A stretch of 64,000 nt of DNA from Amphiscolops sp. MND2022 (Eukaryota): assembly GCA_964187785.1 (NCBI GenBank), contig OZ076416.1, positions 41,478,001 to 41,542,000 of the forward strand. Reading direction: 5' to 3'. The notes below the pieces were generated by a model that worked only from the letters and a program-made list of their open reading frames with translations, did not search any database and was not told where the DNA came from. Made by a program: the position numbers and the translations under genes. Shown piece by piece: positions 36,981 to 49,660 of the stretch. Within the stretch, counting starts at the first letter, position 1; each line of letters opens with the position of its first letter.

Positions 36981-39900
36981 TCAATTCTTCTTGTTCCTTG
37001 TCGCCTTATCTTTTGCTTTTGGAGCATCAGACCCAACATTAGTACAGCGCGGCAAAGAAATTGTATCCTTTCCCAAGGCCGAACGAGGGGATGGTGAGCT
37101 GTTGCTGGTGCCAGTGTCACTCCCGCAAGTAACATCACCGTCGTCAGGAAGACATAGATTAGGAGGGGCGATAACAACCTTCTTGTATGAGGTCTCGAAC
37201 GAATTCTGCAATGTTACTCTTCTAGCATTGCTTCTTTTTAGAAAATTCCAGACCGAAAACTTACGGTCGTGAAGCAAATCTTTTTCACTGCCCAACAATC
37301 GGAAAACACGGGAAATTGATTGTGGGTCGCGATACAAACTCGACACGTTTGGTACATTTGTAAATGATATCTGTACACCTGCCACACATGAACGAAAAAC
37401 ATCTGCATCAGCCCCTAATTCTGAAATAGGAATCACGAAAGGGACAGGAACTTTAACCAACGGGGGTAAACACAAACTAGCATATTTGAATACCTGATAC
37501 AATTCGGGACGACACTGCATTTCGTAGTGCGAAACTAAAAACTGGAACCAGTCTTCAGGCTGAAGGACCTCGCAAGCTCTAAGCTTCGTGACAAATGAGC
37601 GATACTGACTGATGGTCTTAGTTTTCTCACTTGAAGTTAACCAACCAACACTCACAAAGTGACTAGTAAGGCTTTCCACTGCAGCGACATATTGATCCTC
37701 AGTTCCGTGCAAAATAACAGCCGAATCAAATCATGCTAGACCATGAATCAAACTGGATTTGTTGATCTCATGCGACAGAAGAATTGCACAGAATGATTTA
37801 CAGAAGGATATGGTCTGCTCAACGAACTTGCCGGGGCGCGGAAGCTTACTGGTGGTAACAGGCCGATGATAATCTTCGCTGAGATCGAATTGGTCAGCAG
37901 TTTTGAAGGGCAAATCAGTCCGGCTGTATACAAAGACAGCATACTGGTTGTATAACCTAAATCAAAGCACCGAATTGATTGCGAGTCTCTGAGAATGCGG
38001 AATCATCTGAAACATGAAAAATATTAATTGAGATAACACCAAATGATGGGCATTAGACTTGCAAAGCGTCAACATACAGCTTTGAAATGACGTCTATGCA
38101 CTACAATACAGCTTTTAATAGATAATTATACATCACTGTGCGGTTTTGAAAAACGCATATGCATCATTATGCGGTTTTCAGCGTGTCACTATACGTTACT
38201 ATACGTTTTTTAATGGACGAATATACGGTATCATGCGGTTTTCAACCGGTGACTATGCGTCACTATACGGATTTCAGTCAGTGTTTATATGTCATTGCAC
38301 ACAAGACAACTGGCGTAAGAACAAGCTACAATGATCTAGCTGGTGAATATGCATTACTATGCGGAATGTTATAAAAGAGCATTCACCACCAAGCGAATGG
38401 TGAACTTTGATTATGCGGTACCATACGGAAATTGTAATATCGTATATACGGCATCCTACAGAATTTGAAGATCAGCCACAAAGCAATGAAAGAAAAGGAA
38501 TGAACATGCTCATGATCTTATGCAAAGTGCATAAATGATTACGACAACGAAAAAGGTGTACGAAATGCAGCATGACTCAAAAGAAATCCTTCGTTGATTA
38601 GAACTAGCAAATAAACGGCGAATGAAGTTACGGAAAATGATTAAACAACTTTTGGACAAAATACCATATGAAAAGTCGAGAAATTGTGTGAAATTTATAC
38701 TAACAGTGATCAAGAACACAGCGGATAATGAATAACCTAGCCAAGTACGCCGTATCAAGGCGGAAGCACTCGTCAAGGGTGTTGGGCTATAATGACAAAA
38801 GAGAACTCAGAACGAGGAAAAAATCGAAATAATACCTCGGAAAGAAACAATGCAAACCTCTCGCATGTGGAACCTGTAAGAAGGAAGCCGAGACACTCGG
38901 TTTAGATGGTCAAGGACTTTATCCCAATGGATAGACAGGGTCTCAATCAAAACGGATGCTTCCTTCGGAGAATATGAGATGTCTATCACACACTGTAAAA
39001 CAAATGGTTTTAACACAGGAATTACTATGGCTATATTCATCGTGTGAACGAAACCTTACTTTGTGAAGGGTCGGAAGTGATTGGAGCCAATCTCTGTCTA
39101 GAGCTGTCCGCAGTTTCAATAAAAGAAAATCCAAGATAGTGCGGTAATCATGTCTCTCAAGGATTCGAGACGTAGGCAGGGAAAAGCAGCGTTCTAATTC
39201 ACTATGGCCAAATCCATTGACAGAGGTGGGTCGTAGGCGACCGGGCAATGAAGCCTTGAAACAGGAATTAGGAGTTTCCGGACAATCAATAAGGCAGATG
39301 CAAGATGAGTGGACATCAAATAAACTCAAGAAGGATGCAACAACACCCATCATCTTCTTCGGAACCAAAGTTCCACGTGGGCCAGTTCCAAGACAGACTT
39401 GGTAGAAGACATTGCCTGCCCAGAAATTCAGAAAGATGTGCGTCTCAAATTGGTTGTTTTGGAAAGATAAAGAATATGTCTCGTTGCCAGAAATGGAAGT
39501 GACACAATGTTGTTGCAGTTCGCGAAACATGAAAACAATGATACCCTGCAAAGAAGAATATGTTGTATCAGAGAATGGAATTAGCTGAACTATGAAAGGA
39601 TAAAAGTATAAGTATACTCACATATAAGCGCTCTCGGTTTCAACTGAAAGTGGACTCCTGGCTGTTCCCTGGGACGAGTCGAACCATTTCATTCCACATC
39701 CCCGAGAGAGTGTCCACGTCACCACCATGGCGGAGTCCGTACTCGAGGATAGCAATTTGTGAAATGACATCTTCGCTGGGATTGGAAGCGGTGGAGAAAT
39801 CAAGGAGTCGATCCTGTCCCACTAGAAGGCGGCATGCATCTAACTGACGCGCGATCGGGTAGGTCTCTTTGGCTACCCTCTTGGCTTCTTGTAACGCACT

Positions 39901-41120
39901 TCCGGTGAGGGCCTTCTCTGAGCAGTCATATATAGAAACCCCTGGTATTTCTAATCTAATGCGGTGTTCTTTGATTAAATGCGAATCAGTTTTGAAATGT
40001 GAGAGAAATTCAAGGACTCCTCTACTCATGAGCGATAACTCCACCCTGCATACCCGACACCACCACTTATAAGGCGTCTTCTGGCGGTCTATCGGTCCGG
40101 TGGCAAAGAATTTCAGAACTGGGTGTTTACGCATCATGTGGGGTTTTAAGGAGTATTTAGGGCTACGCCGTTTGCCACTTGGGACTGGCACATCTTCGCA
40201 ACTTGATTGAGTCATGGGCTCGTCCGGATCTCGAACCGTTGTTTCTCTTACGGGTCCTTTGTCTGGAGAGACCGGCGAGTCTTCAATCACACTGAATGTG
40301 AAATTGTTGGTGGAAGCCGGATCGGGGTCGTTCAACACTGTCTGAGGGATTATCCCCAAAATACTGGTAATAGCTAGAACTTCTCGTCTGGTAATAACCA
40401 TTTTCGGAGGATCATCAGAGCTCAATCCTTAGATTTCATCAGGAACTGGTATATCTCTAAGCGGATTTTCTGGAGTTGACTCACTAAGCGGAACTCCGCA
40501 CCTGATCATCTGAGAGGTTTCTGTTGCATGATCTGTCTCCTCCGCACGTTTAAGAAAGGAAGAAAATCTGGGTGAAGTGGTTTGGTAACTGTTCAGAGCT
40601 TCAGCAGCTTCAGTGACATCTTGCAAAAAGACAACAGCGGACTTACGTCACAAGCAGGATTTTGCGGGGAATCTCTCTTGTCTGTCTCAGTCGTTTCTTG
40701 AATGACGAGTACCTTTGGAGATAAGCATGCGTCTAAATTATCTACAATCACTTGCTCTATCCCGTCGTCATTTCGAGTTGTGGATTGTTCAAGTGGTTGG
40801 GCAAATCCAGGAGGATCTGCAGTAGATTGGGAGGTCAAAACAGGAGTATTTTCCGAAGTAGATTGAACCGGTTGTGGAGGATTCTCTGATTCAATTGCAG
40901 CGACTTCAAGCGGAATATATACTTTAGTAGGGTACCTAGCCGGCGACTTCTGTGTAGATCCGAATTCAACTGAAACAAATTGATTTAATGTCGATTTGAA
41001 TAAATATCTTTGATGAGCGAAAGTGATCCTGCGGAACAACTGAAACCGGACGCGGTGTAAGGAAGTTTCAAAATTGGGCGGAAGTAGCTCAAGATCAAAC
41101 CGGATGTAGAAATACTCCAA
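36981..41120 (-). mobile_element. Decayed large DNA-transposon-like ORF (hAT-like transposase candidate)
   Basis: Consecutive - strand ORFs. One has a BED-like C2H2 finger (WWCRVC...SHFKTDSH, 39640-40425). The last has WFQFL...PELYQVFKYASLCLP, reminiscent of a hAT dimerisation domain (36981-37712). No DDE triad or terminal inverted repeats (TIRs) identified. Confidence 0.45.
38136..38456 (+). repeat. ATGCGG/ATACGG motif cluster 1
   Basis: Several ATGCGG/ATACGG hexamers in an AT-rich island that interrupts the hAT-like ORF. Confidence 0.6.
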
Positions 41121-41773
41121 AAGAAATTCGAAAATTGGTTTTCATCACGAATAAATCAGTTTTCACTGATTAGCCTGGCCAGCTATTCAAATTGAAATTC
41201 GTTTCTGATCAGAAAACTCTCAAATCTTGAATCACAAACCAAGCAATAATTGGAACCTTTCAGGAGAAGTTGAAGTTGGCAATTTGTAGCCCCAATTTGC
41301 AAGATCCTTCCGAGGGGTCTGTTGTCCTCTGGAGTTTCTGCGATTAGGGGAATCCATTTGCAGCGGAAATGAGGAGTAAAGTGAGCGGATAACAAGTTGA
41401 ATTGAATTTGCGAAGCAGTTTTGACAGATGGGAATAAAGATTGGATCAGAATTGGAAATGGAAATGACAAAATTACTTTGACTGAAACTGATACGAAATA
41501 CAAAGAGGACTATAATCAACACTAGGTAATTCAAACAAACTTCATTAACAATTGAAGGCGTGACGTAAAAACGAAAGGCAAAAGAGCAAATGAATGCTGA
41601 AATTTGCGCACTAATGCAGAAAATACTTTAATCTGATTGGTCGAATAATTGCCGTTCATTGCTGCCAGAATGGACGATTACGCAATTATCACAATCAGAA
41701 AGCACCAGCAATGACATTCTCATTAGTGGCCATCATGCGACAAAAGAAGGAATTTACCACTTCTTATCCGGTA

Positions 41774-41895
41774 GTATGCGGAAATTTACGACCGCATATG
41801 CGGCAGGGTACGGAAATTTGCCACTACACATGCGGCAGTATGCGGAAATTTAGAACCGCGTATGCGGCATGAGGCGGAAAATTAACAATACGCGG
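41774..41895 (+). repeat. ATGCGG motif cluster 2
   Basis: ATGCGGAAAT / ATGCGGCA repeated several times in about 120 bp. Confidence 0.65.
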
Positions 41896-42283
41896 AAAGT
41901 TGTTATCTCATATTCTGAAGAGCGTAATGGACAAAACTTCAGTTTCTTGAGACACTGTGATGTTCAGCAGTTGGAACTACATTATTGGACATGCAAACAA
42001 TGATGATCTACTATCAAAGCACATTTTCACACGTCATCAAACTGATATGGACGGAACGAATGATGAAAACATACAAGAAACATGATATAATGTTCGTTTA
42101 TTTTCCTAGATGTAGCGCACTTTTCAAGTGCGGGACTTAAAACGAAACGTTGATGAACTATATGTGAATATATCCTTTTCATAAGAATAAATCAAAACTT
42201 TTAGTTCCGAAAACCTTCTTTCATGAATGTGAATTTTCCTAGTCATGCAAGTTTGGATATATACTTCATCCTCACTTCGTTTT

Positions 42284-42510
42284 TGTTTTAAAATATAAGA
42301 AGTCATAGCATGTTTCGAAGCTAGAAACAAGATTTTTGTTATGTATGAACAACTTCTCCAGTTAAAACAAAACACGCTTTTTGTATTTCAGCGGGAGATA
42401 ATCATTAACTTCTGATGTTTGTTTTGTAAATCACTTTTCTGTTAACTTCTCTGAATACAGTTGAATTGAAACTAACAACTCTTCGTCTCACTCAGCCTCA
42501 AAAGTCAAGA
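42284..42510 (+). repeat. Copia 5' LTR (TG...GA)
   Basis: Direct repeat of 47312-47538, followed by the PBS. Confidence 0.93.
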
Positions 42511-42522
42511 GGTTATGCGGCC
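42511..42522 (+). promoter_or_regulatory. Copia-type PBS GGTTATGCGGCC (half-tRNA-iMet priming type)
   Basis: Resembles GGTTATGGGCCC of Drosophila copia, which primes from an internal fragment of initiator tRNA-Met. Confidence 0.7.
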
Positions 42523-43223
42523 TTAATCAATCATCTGAAACAAAGGTTGCTGTCACTTTCCGATGAGAAGTCACTTTTCGATGAGAAGTCACTTGAACAC
42601 TGCAGCGAATGATGGCAAGTAGCAGCGAGAAGTAAGAAGTCAAGCAGAAAGAAGCAATCTTTTTTCCAGTGAACCACTACGCTATGCAGTCAGAAGTCAA
42701 CTTTCAGAGATGAGAAGCGAGTAAACTTTTCAAAACTCAGACTCAAACTTTGTTGATGCTTTTGTAAATTTTCTTGCTGTTTTTCCTAGGCTGAGTAGAG
42801 TTTAGTTTGAAGTTGAGTGAGAGTACACATAGGTAAAAATTTGTTTTTGAGAAAATTTTCCGGAAGACTCAAAAAAAAGACTTCAGTGAAATTTAACTAG
42901 GCTTGACAAAAAAAACTTAGTGACAATTTTTCTGACAGACGTTTCGATAGCATTTCTTTGTTTTGGTTGATTTCCAAAGTGCACGTCGCTATGCACTGCA
43001 TAGCATGACGGGAAGTAAGAAATTTTCTGAGCTTCGTTTTTGCTTCAAAACGCCTGTCATTCGCGTTTTTTGTTTGTAAGTTGTTTTTTTGCGACCCAGA
43101 CGATCGCCCTTATATGTAAAACAATCGAAGCAACATTCTCACAAGGTCAAGGTGCACAAAGACATGTTCAAAAGGCCTTAGCGTTTTGAGTGTCTTTGTT
43201 AATTTACACAACTGAGATATAAG

Positions 43224-44378
43224 ATGACTAACCGTACGGTACAGTCTAAGTTGGAAACGTTGTTGTTTTCGGGAAAAGACGAGGATTTTGAATATTTTGC
43301 TGAACGTTTTGAAGCTCGGCTTCATTTATTGAAATTGAGAACTGTCCTTCTTGATCAGGAGAATTTGCCTGAGGAAACAGATGCGAATTTTGCTAGTGAG
43401 CAGAACAAGTTGAAAGAAAAACAGTTCGAAATTTGGTGTGAACTGGTTCAATGTCTAGATAGAAAGTCATTGAGTTTAGTTAAAACAGCGAAACCTTCCG
43501 GTACTCAGGCTTGGAAACTTTTGCAAGACTGTTTCAAAAGTCGTCAACGTCCTCGTATCCATCAACTTTTGAATAAGTTAACGAACCTAAAAATGTACTC
43601 ACAAGAAAGTATGCGCGATTATTTGATGAGAGCTGAAGAACTCCAGCTTAATCTAACCGACGTTGGAGAAAACGTTAGCGATCAAATGCTATGTTCGGTA
43701 GTTCTAAAAGGTTTGCCGAACAGCTTTGCAAGTTTCGTAACTGTTTTCAAGTTTTCGCATGAAGCTAAAACCTTTGCAGATCTAAAACGAGATCTTTTGA
43801 ATTTCGATAGTGATAGTTGCCGAGGTCAACCCGAACAGGGAACAAATTTCATGTGTGGTAAATTAGGCCACCGACAAAGTGAATGCAGAGCAAAAGTGTC
43901 TGTCATAGTGTGTTACGAACGTGGTGCAAAAGGCCACAAGGCAAATGAGTGCCCCAAAACGAAAAATAAGTCGAAAACACGAGCTCCGCGTGAGACGACT
44001 CAAAACAAACGTTTTTACACTAAGCGAAATGAGAGTAATCTAACTGCTGAAAAACAAGGTTTCTCGTTTCATACTAGTCAAGTACTTTCGACGTGTAAGA
44101 ACATAGATCTTTTAATAGACAGTGGCTGCACAAGTCACATGATAAAGGACGCTGAATTGTTCAGAGATTTGGACATTTCGAAAATGGGTAATGTTGAATG
44201 TGCGAACGGCACCGAATCTAGCATTGAAGGTCGAGGATCCGTTAGTTTCTTGGCAAAAGACAATCAAGGCCAAGATCAAATCTTGGAACTTGAACAATCG
44301 TTGTACGTTCCCCAATGCACAAAAAACTTAGTTTCGATAAAAAAAGCTGAACAAGCAAAATGCGAGCGTTCATTTTGA
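43224..44378 (+). pseudogene. gag: Copia gag-protease (UBN2-like gag, CCHC knuckles, LIDSGCTSHM)
   Basis: 384-aa ORF that frameshifts before the GAG-pre-integrase segment. Confidence 0.9.
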
Positions 44379-47292
44379 TGCGAACCCTCGTATAGTTCAG
44401 GATGAAAGATGTTTTCCGTTAAAGTGCGAAAATAACTTGTTTTATCTACAAGTTGATTGTTTGCATGAGCAAAGCAATGCCGCAACTGCAAGTCTTCAAC
44501 TATGGCATGAACGACTTGCTCACAATAACAAAATTGATGTTCGAAACTTGGCAAAGGCTGTAGTCGATATGAACATAGTTGATGAAAGAAACGAACCTTG
44601 CGATGTGTGTAACACCGAAAAGGCTAAGCGGTTACCGATAAGCCGAAAAGTTGCAAATAGAGCTAAAAAAACCTTTAGACATAGTCCACGTAGATATATC
44701 GCCAGTAAACACAATGTCGATAGATGAATTCGAGTACGCTCTAGGATTCGTTGATAGCTTCAGCAGACTCGGTGCTCTTTATCTATTAAGAACAAAAACC
44801 GAAGTCGAACGAAGCTTTTGAAGTTTATAGCTGAGCTTGGCAAACCTCGCAAGATTGTCACTGATAATGCTAAAGAGTTCAAGTTTGGAAATTTCGCTGA
44901 CATTTGTTTACAGTAAGGAATTCATCAGGAGTTTACTTGCGAATACACTCCAGAACAAAACGGTAAAATAGAACGAGTTTGGGGAACCATCGGCGCGATG
45001 GCGAGGTGTCTGTTGAAAACAGCAGGCTTACCTGAAACTTTTTGGTCGTTTGCATACTGAGCAGCTTTCCACATAAAAAACCGGTGCCTTCACTCTGCTC
45101 ATGGCATGACACCGTTCGAGAAGTTTTTTGACAAGACACCTGATTTGTCCCATTTTCGAGTTTTTGGATGTCAAGCATTCATGTACTTAGAGAAACCAAA
45201 GCGAAAAAAACTTGAAAGTAGAGCTTTGGATGGTTTTTTACTGGGCTATAGCAACAATTCTAAGTCATATCTGATCGGATTTTTCGAGGGCGCAGAGCTT
45301 ATCACGAAAAGTAGCCGAAATGTAAAATTCAACGAGACTAGTTTTCCAGGAAAAACACTTTTCGCAAACAATGAAAATGGCAGTGAACTTTTCTTCGAAC
45401 TCAACAAAAGGGGGAGTGAAGTAGAGTTGCAAAACACGGAATCAGTCGCCGATACACACAACTTGATAAAAGATGTGAATGAGTTGCCAAACGGTGTTTT
45501 AGGCGGTAATCCAGAAACTTTGGTTAACGAAATTTCCGACCAGAGTATAACACAAAATCAACCGCATAGTTGGACTGTGCATACTACGACTAGATACGGA
45601 CGTAAAGTCAAGCCGCCCAAAAGATACGCCCCAAGTACAAGCAGCAACTTGTCTTACAATTTAGGTTCGTCTGAGTTCGATGAAATTGAAACGTTTGCAT
45701 ACCATTGCGATTATGTTGATCAAGAGTTACCTAAAAGCATTGAAGAAGCACTTTCTTCTCCAGAGTGGTATCGTGCGATGAAAGCGGAATACGACTCTTT
45801 ACAGAAAAATGAAGTTTGGGACATTGTTGAAATGCCAGAAGGAAAAAACCTCGTTACAGATAAATGGCATTTTGCACTTAAGCGAAACAGTAAAGGAGAA
45901 ATTATTAGGCACAAAGCAAGATACGTGGCTAGAGGATTTAAACAAAAACGAAGTGTTGACTACGATCAAACATATAGTACGACTGTCAAAATGGTAACAC
46001 TTCGAGTTTTACTGAGTTCGGCAGTTCAAAACGAAATGAAGTTGAAACAGTTAGACATAAAAACCGCTTACTTGAACGCAGGTATAGAAGAAGAAATTTT
46101 TGTTGATCAACCACCAGGATTTGTTAAGAAAAATGCCAACGGCAAAAGCTATGTTTGTAGATTGAAAAAATCACTTTATGGATTGAAGCAGTCCGGTCGC
46201 AACTCGTTCAATACACTTAGAGATTTTTTGCTCAGCATTCAGTTCAAGCCGAGCAAAAGTGATCCTTGTTTGTTTTTGAGGGAACGAAACGGTCATAAGG
46301 ATTTTGTAGCAAGTTGGGTAGACGATTTACTCTACTGTAGCGATGATAATAATATTTACGAAAAATTTGAGAAAGCACTGAGCACAAAGTTCTTGATCAG
46401 TGAAGTTGATGACTTGAACTGGTTCTTGGGAATGCAAATCAGACATGGAAAAGGTAGACTAGAAATTTCCCAAGAAAACTACATCGAAAAATTACTTGAA
46501 AACTTTGGAATGAAAGATGTCAAAGGACTTTTTACGCCTGTTGCTGAAAAGCAACAAATCAGTAGGTCGGACTGTCCTAACGAAGGCAGCCAAGAACAAA
46601 AGGAGATGAAAAATTGTAATTTTCGTGGAATGATTGGTTGTCTGAATTACTTAGCGAACACAACAAGACCTGATATTACTTTCGCCGTCAGAGCTTTAAG
46701 TCGATACGTTCAAAATCCAGGCCGTAAACATTGGTTACAAGGAAAACACATTTTGAGGTACTTAAAGGCAACAAAGTGTAGGAAACTGACGTATAGAAAA
46801 TCCAAAACACTCGCGCTCACAGGTTTCAGTGATGCCGACTGGGCAGGAAAGTTAGATGATAGGAGGTCCACCAGTGGTTTTTGCTTCTTTTTGAACTCAG
46901 AATCAGGAGCTATTAGTTGGAGTTCTAAGTTACAGACAATGGTGGCGACCTCGACAGCTGAGGCAGAAACAATGTCGTTATTCGCAGCATCTCAAGAACT
47001 TGAGTTTCTGCGGGGCCTAGCGAACGAGATCGGAATTGACAATGAAAAGCCTACTAAGGTACATGTAGACAATCAGGCTTGTATCGCCATAACTAAAATT
47101 ACAGTGAATTCTCAGAAAGTGAAGCATTTTGCAATTAATTTGAGCTTCATACAAGAAAAAATAGAAATGCGACATTTGGATGTTGAGTTTTGTCCAACCA
47201 GTGAATTGATTGCCGACTTGCTAACTAAACCGTTGGCAAAAGTTAAGGTTGAAAAGTTCAGCAAAAGACTCTCCGGAGAATGTAACTTGTAA
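44379..47292 (+). pseudogene. pol: Copia pol: integrase (with stops and frameshifts), then intact RT and RNase H (ORF 45106-47292)
   Basis: Motifs LWHERLAH...CDVC, TPEQNGKIER, KARYVARGF, QLDIKTAYLN, LYGLKQSGR, WVDD and FSDADWAG. Confidence 0.92.
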
Positions 47293-47311
47293 TCGAGCTC
47301 CGAAAAGGGGG

Positions 47312-47538
47312 AGTTTTAAAATATAAGAAGTCATAGCATGTTTCGAAGCTAGAAACAAGATTTTTGTTATGTATGAACAACTTCTCCAGTTAAAACAAGT
47401 CACGCTTTTTGTATTTCAGCGGGAGATAATCATTAACTTCTGATGTTTGTTTTGTAAATCACTTTTCTGTTAACTTCTCTGAATACAGTTGAATTGAAAC
47501 TAACAACTCTTCGTCTCACTCAGCCTCAAAAGTCAAGA
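47312..47538 (+). repeat. Copia 3' LTR, preceded by PPT AAAAGGGGG
   Basis: Direct repeat of 42284-42510; its first base is A rather than T. Confidence 0.93.
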
Positions 47539-48114
47539 GTTTTATTATCAATGAGAATTATGAGTCATGTAACTCTTTGAGGTTTAGTCGATATTTTGTT
47601 TATATCTCATTAAAATGGTTCAACACTGTCAGGCGTGTTGGGTGAAGATGAGATTCTCCCTGAAAACTGGAGAAACACCTAAAATGGAAGATGTTTATAT
47701 CGAATTAAAAGGAAATTTGATAATTTTCGCGGATTCAACAATTTCTATCACAGAAAAGACCCAATAAAGAAAACGAAAAACCCCGAAATCATGACTCTCA
47801 GTTTTTCCGCGGGGTTTTGTTATAAGCGAAAGAAACGGAAAAGACAATCACCATATGGTCTTTTGACTCGCCCAAAAGCAGTAACTCCAACTGAAACAAA
47901 AACTACCTTTAAACCTTACCTGAGAAAATCATCCTACAACATAAGAAGAGAACATGAATAACCTGCAATTTACCCTTGAAGATAGCCCTTTGCTCTCAAT
48001 TCAATCTCCTGGGATTGTCGATATATCAAGCGATTCAGGAGAAGTATTTATTGTTCACCCAAAGATCTGTCCGACGTAGAGGAAAGATTCAGGGTTGGTG
48101 GACCAAGATCGGAT

Positions 48115-48780
48115 ATGTTGACGGCGTTCGTGGGTACAACTTCGGCAACACTTTTTGCATCTGGACAAGAAGACCCCTCAATTGTTGAGACAATTGACGC
48201 TGCTGGGACACAAATTGAGCGACAGATGATGGAAATCATCGAGGAGCATCGATTCAGTAGAGAGTCTTCATCAACTTCATTCGTTGATACGGAACTGGAA
48301 GACTCACCCATGTCGCCATGGGAGCCGGCTGAACCTTCGACACAACCTGTAAACAGCTACGGGAGGCCAGCTGTGGCAATCCTCCCTACACCAAGAAGCA
48401 ACAACCGCGAGACGACAGTGGTCAAAAGACCCATTCCTACTTACCCGCCTAATTTTGCAAACACTTACCCAATTTATCAACCCCAACAAATCACTGACCC
48501 TAGACATCAGCAAGCAGATCACCCTGTTAACGATATTCAACCAAAGATATTGGGCAACAATGGGGCCTTCTCCGCTACTCCCAAGGGTTTGCCTATATAT
48601 AGTAATGCACCAATAATGATCCAGATGCCGCCCCATGAAGGAAGCGCCCACGTTCCACAATTGATTACTGGATCCAACGCTAGACCCTCTCCTCACTTCC
48701 CGTTCCAATCGGGACATAGCACAAATCTACTGCTCTTGCCCTTTCAAAAAAACTGCAATATCAACATCTGCCCCCAGTAA
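48115..48780 (+). CDS. Orphan acidic/Pro-rich ORF (221 aa), function unknown
   Basis: Intact ATG-TAA ORF in a GC-richer island; its stop overlaps the next start (TAATG). Confidence 0.45.
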   Translation: MLTAFVGTTSATLFASGQEDPSIVETIDAAGTQIERQMMEIIEEHRFSRESSSTSFVDTELEDSPMSPWEPAEPSTQPVNSYGRPAVAILPTPRSNNRETTVVKRPIPTYPPNFANTYPIYQPQQITDPRHQQADHPVNDIQPKILGNNGAFSATPKGLPIYSNAPIMIQMPPHEGSAHVPQLITGSNARPSPHFPFQSGHSTNLLLLPFQKNCNINICPQ

Positions 48781-49010
48781 TGCCAAACGTCGCTGGATTT
48801 TGCGATTGGTGTGGTAAATGCTACGATTTGATAGCATTGGAGACGCTGGGAGAGTACCTTATTGCAACCGCTTATGACGGGGAGACGGTCAGGGACAGAG
48901 GTGTCAGGTCCCGTGCCTTTATAGATGGGTTCGAGGCTGCACTGTTCTGCTTTAATGGTGCGGGACTGTCGCAGCCTCATGGGTGCTCTGGGTCTGTTCT
49001 GCAAGAGTAA
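48780..49010 (+). CDS. Orphan small ORF (76 aa) with a CDWCGKC motif
   Basis: ATG overlaps the upstream TAA. AATAAA follows at about 49062. Confidence 0.45.
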   Translation: MPNVAGFCDWCGKCYDLIALETLGEYLIATAYDGETVRDRGVRSRAFIDGFEAALFCFNGAGLSQPHGCSGSVLQE

Positions 49011-49431
49011 AAAGGAAAACGAAGAAGCAGCTTGAAAGACAAACTCAATTTGATGAAACTCAATAAACTGTCTCCCCCCTTTTATTTCTTTGCTTTTATT
49101 GTCTCGTTGTTTATCCTAACCAACAAGTTAAGTCATGTAAATATTTATTTTATAGTTTCTTTGGTTGAATTGTTGAAGCCAGATGCGAATTAAGACATGT
49201 TGACCAGGTTTTCTTAACTTTTCACCCTAATTATTGCTTGAAGTTTTGAGTTGTTCAGTTGAATTTAGGCCATAATCTCTGAATGGAAGCAATGATTAAT
49301 CTAAACGTGACTTTTCAAATCAGTGAGTTAGCGTCACAGTACGAAAATTTGAAAATGAATACACTTCATCATGCAGTTTGTGATTAATAATTATGCACCA
49401 TCATACGGAGAGTTTCTGACGCATATACTGC

Positions 49432-49660
49432 AATATGCGGATTTTAACCACCGCTTATGCGGCACCATGCGGAAAACCGTAATTTCCTTGATGCGTTGTC
49501 ACGGTGATATTTGCACGTCACTATGCGGAAAATCGCCGGCGCTTATGCGTCAATATGCGGTTTTCCGCGTTTTTCATCATACGGTGCTAAACCATTATTG
49601 CATTGTGATTATTCGTTGATATGCTGAAATTTGAGACCGTATATACGTCATTATGCAGTT
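49432..49660 (+). repeat. ATGCGG motif cluster 3
   Basis: Multiple ATGCGG/ATGCGT/ATACGG motifs in the same orientation as clusters 1 and 2. Confidence 0.65.

Larger units (their letters stand above)
42284..47538 (+). mobile_element. Near-complete Ty1/Copia LTR retrotransposon
   Basis: 227-bp LTRs at 42284-42510 and 47312-47538 differ at 3 positions. TSD GTTTT/GTTTA. PBS and PPT present; domain order gag-PR-IN-RT-RH. Confidence 0.95.

Noticed and set aside
42560-42720. Short tandem GTCACTTTTCGATGAGAA duplications in the Copia leader
   Set aside because: Small leader duplications are common in LTR elements and nothing distinctive is seen.
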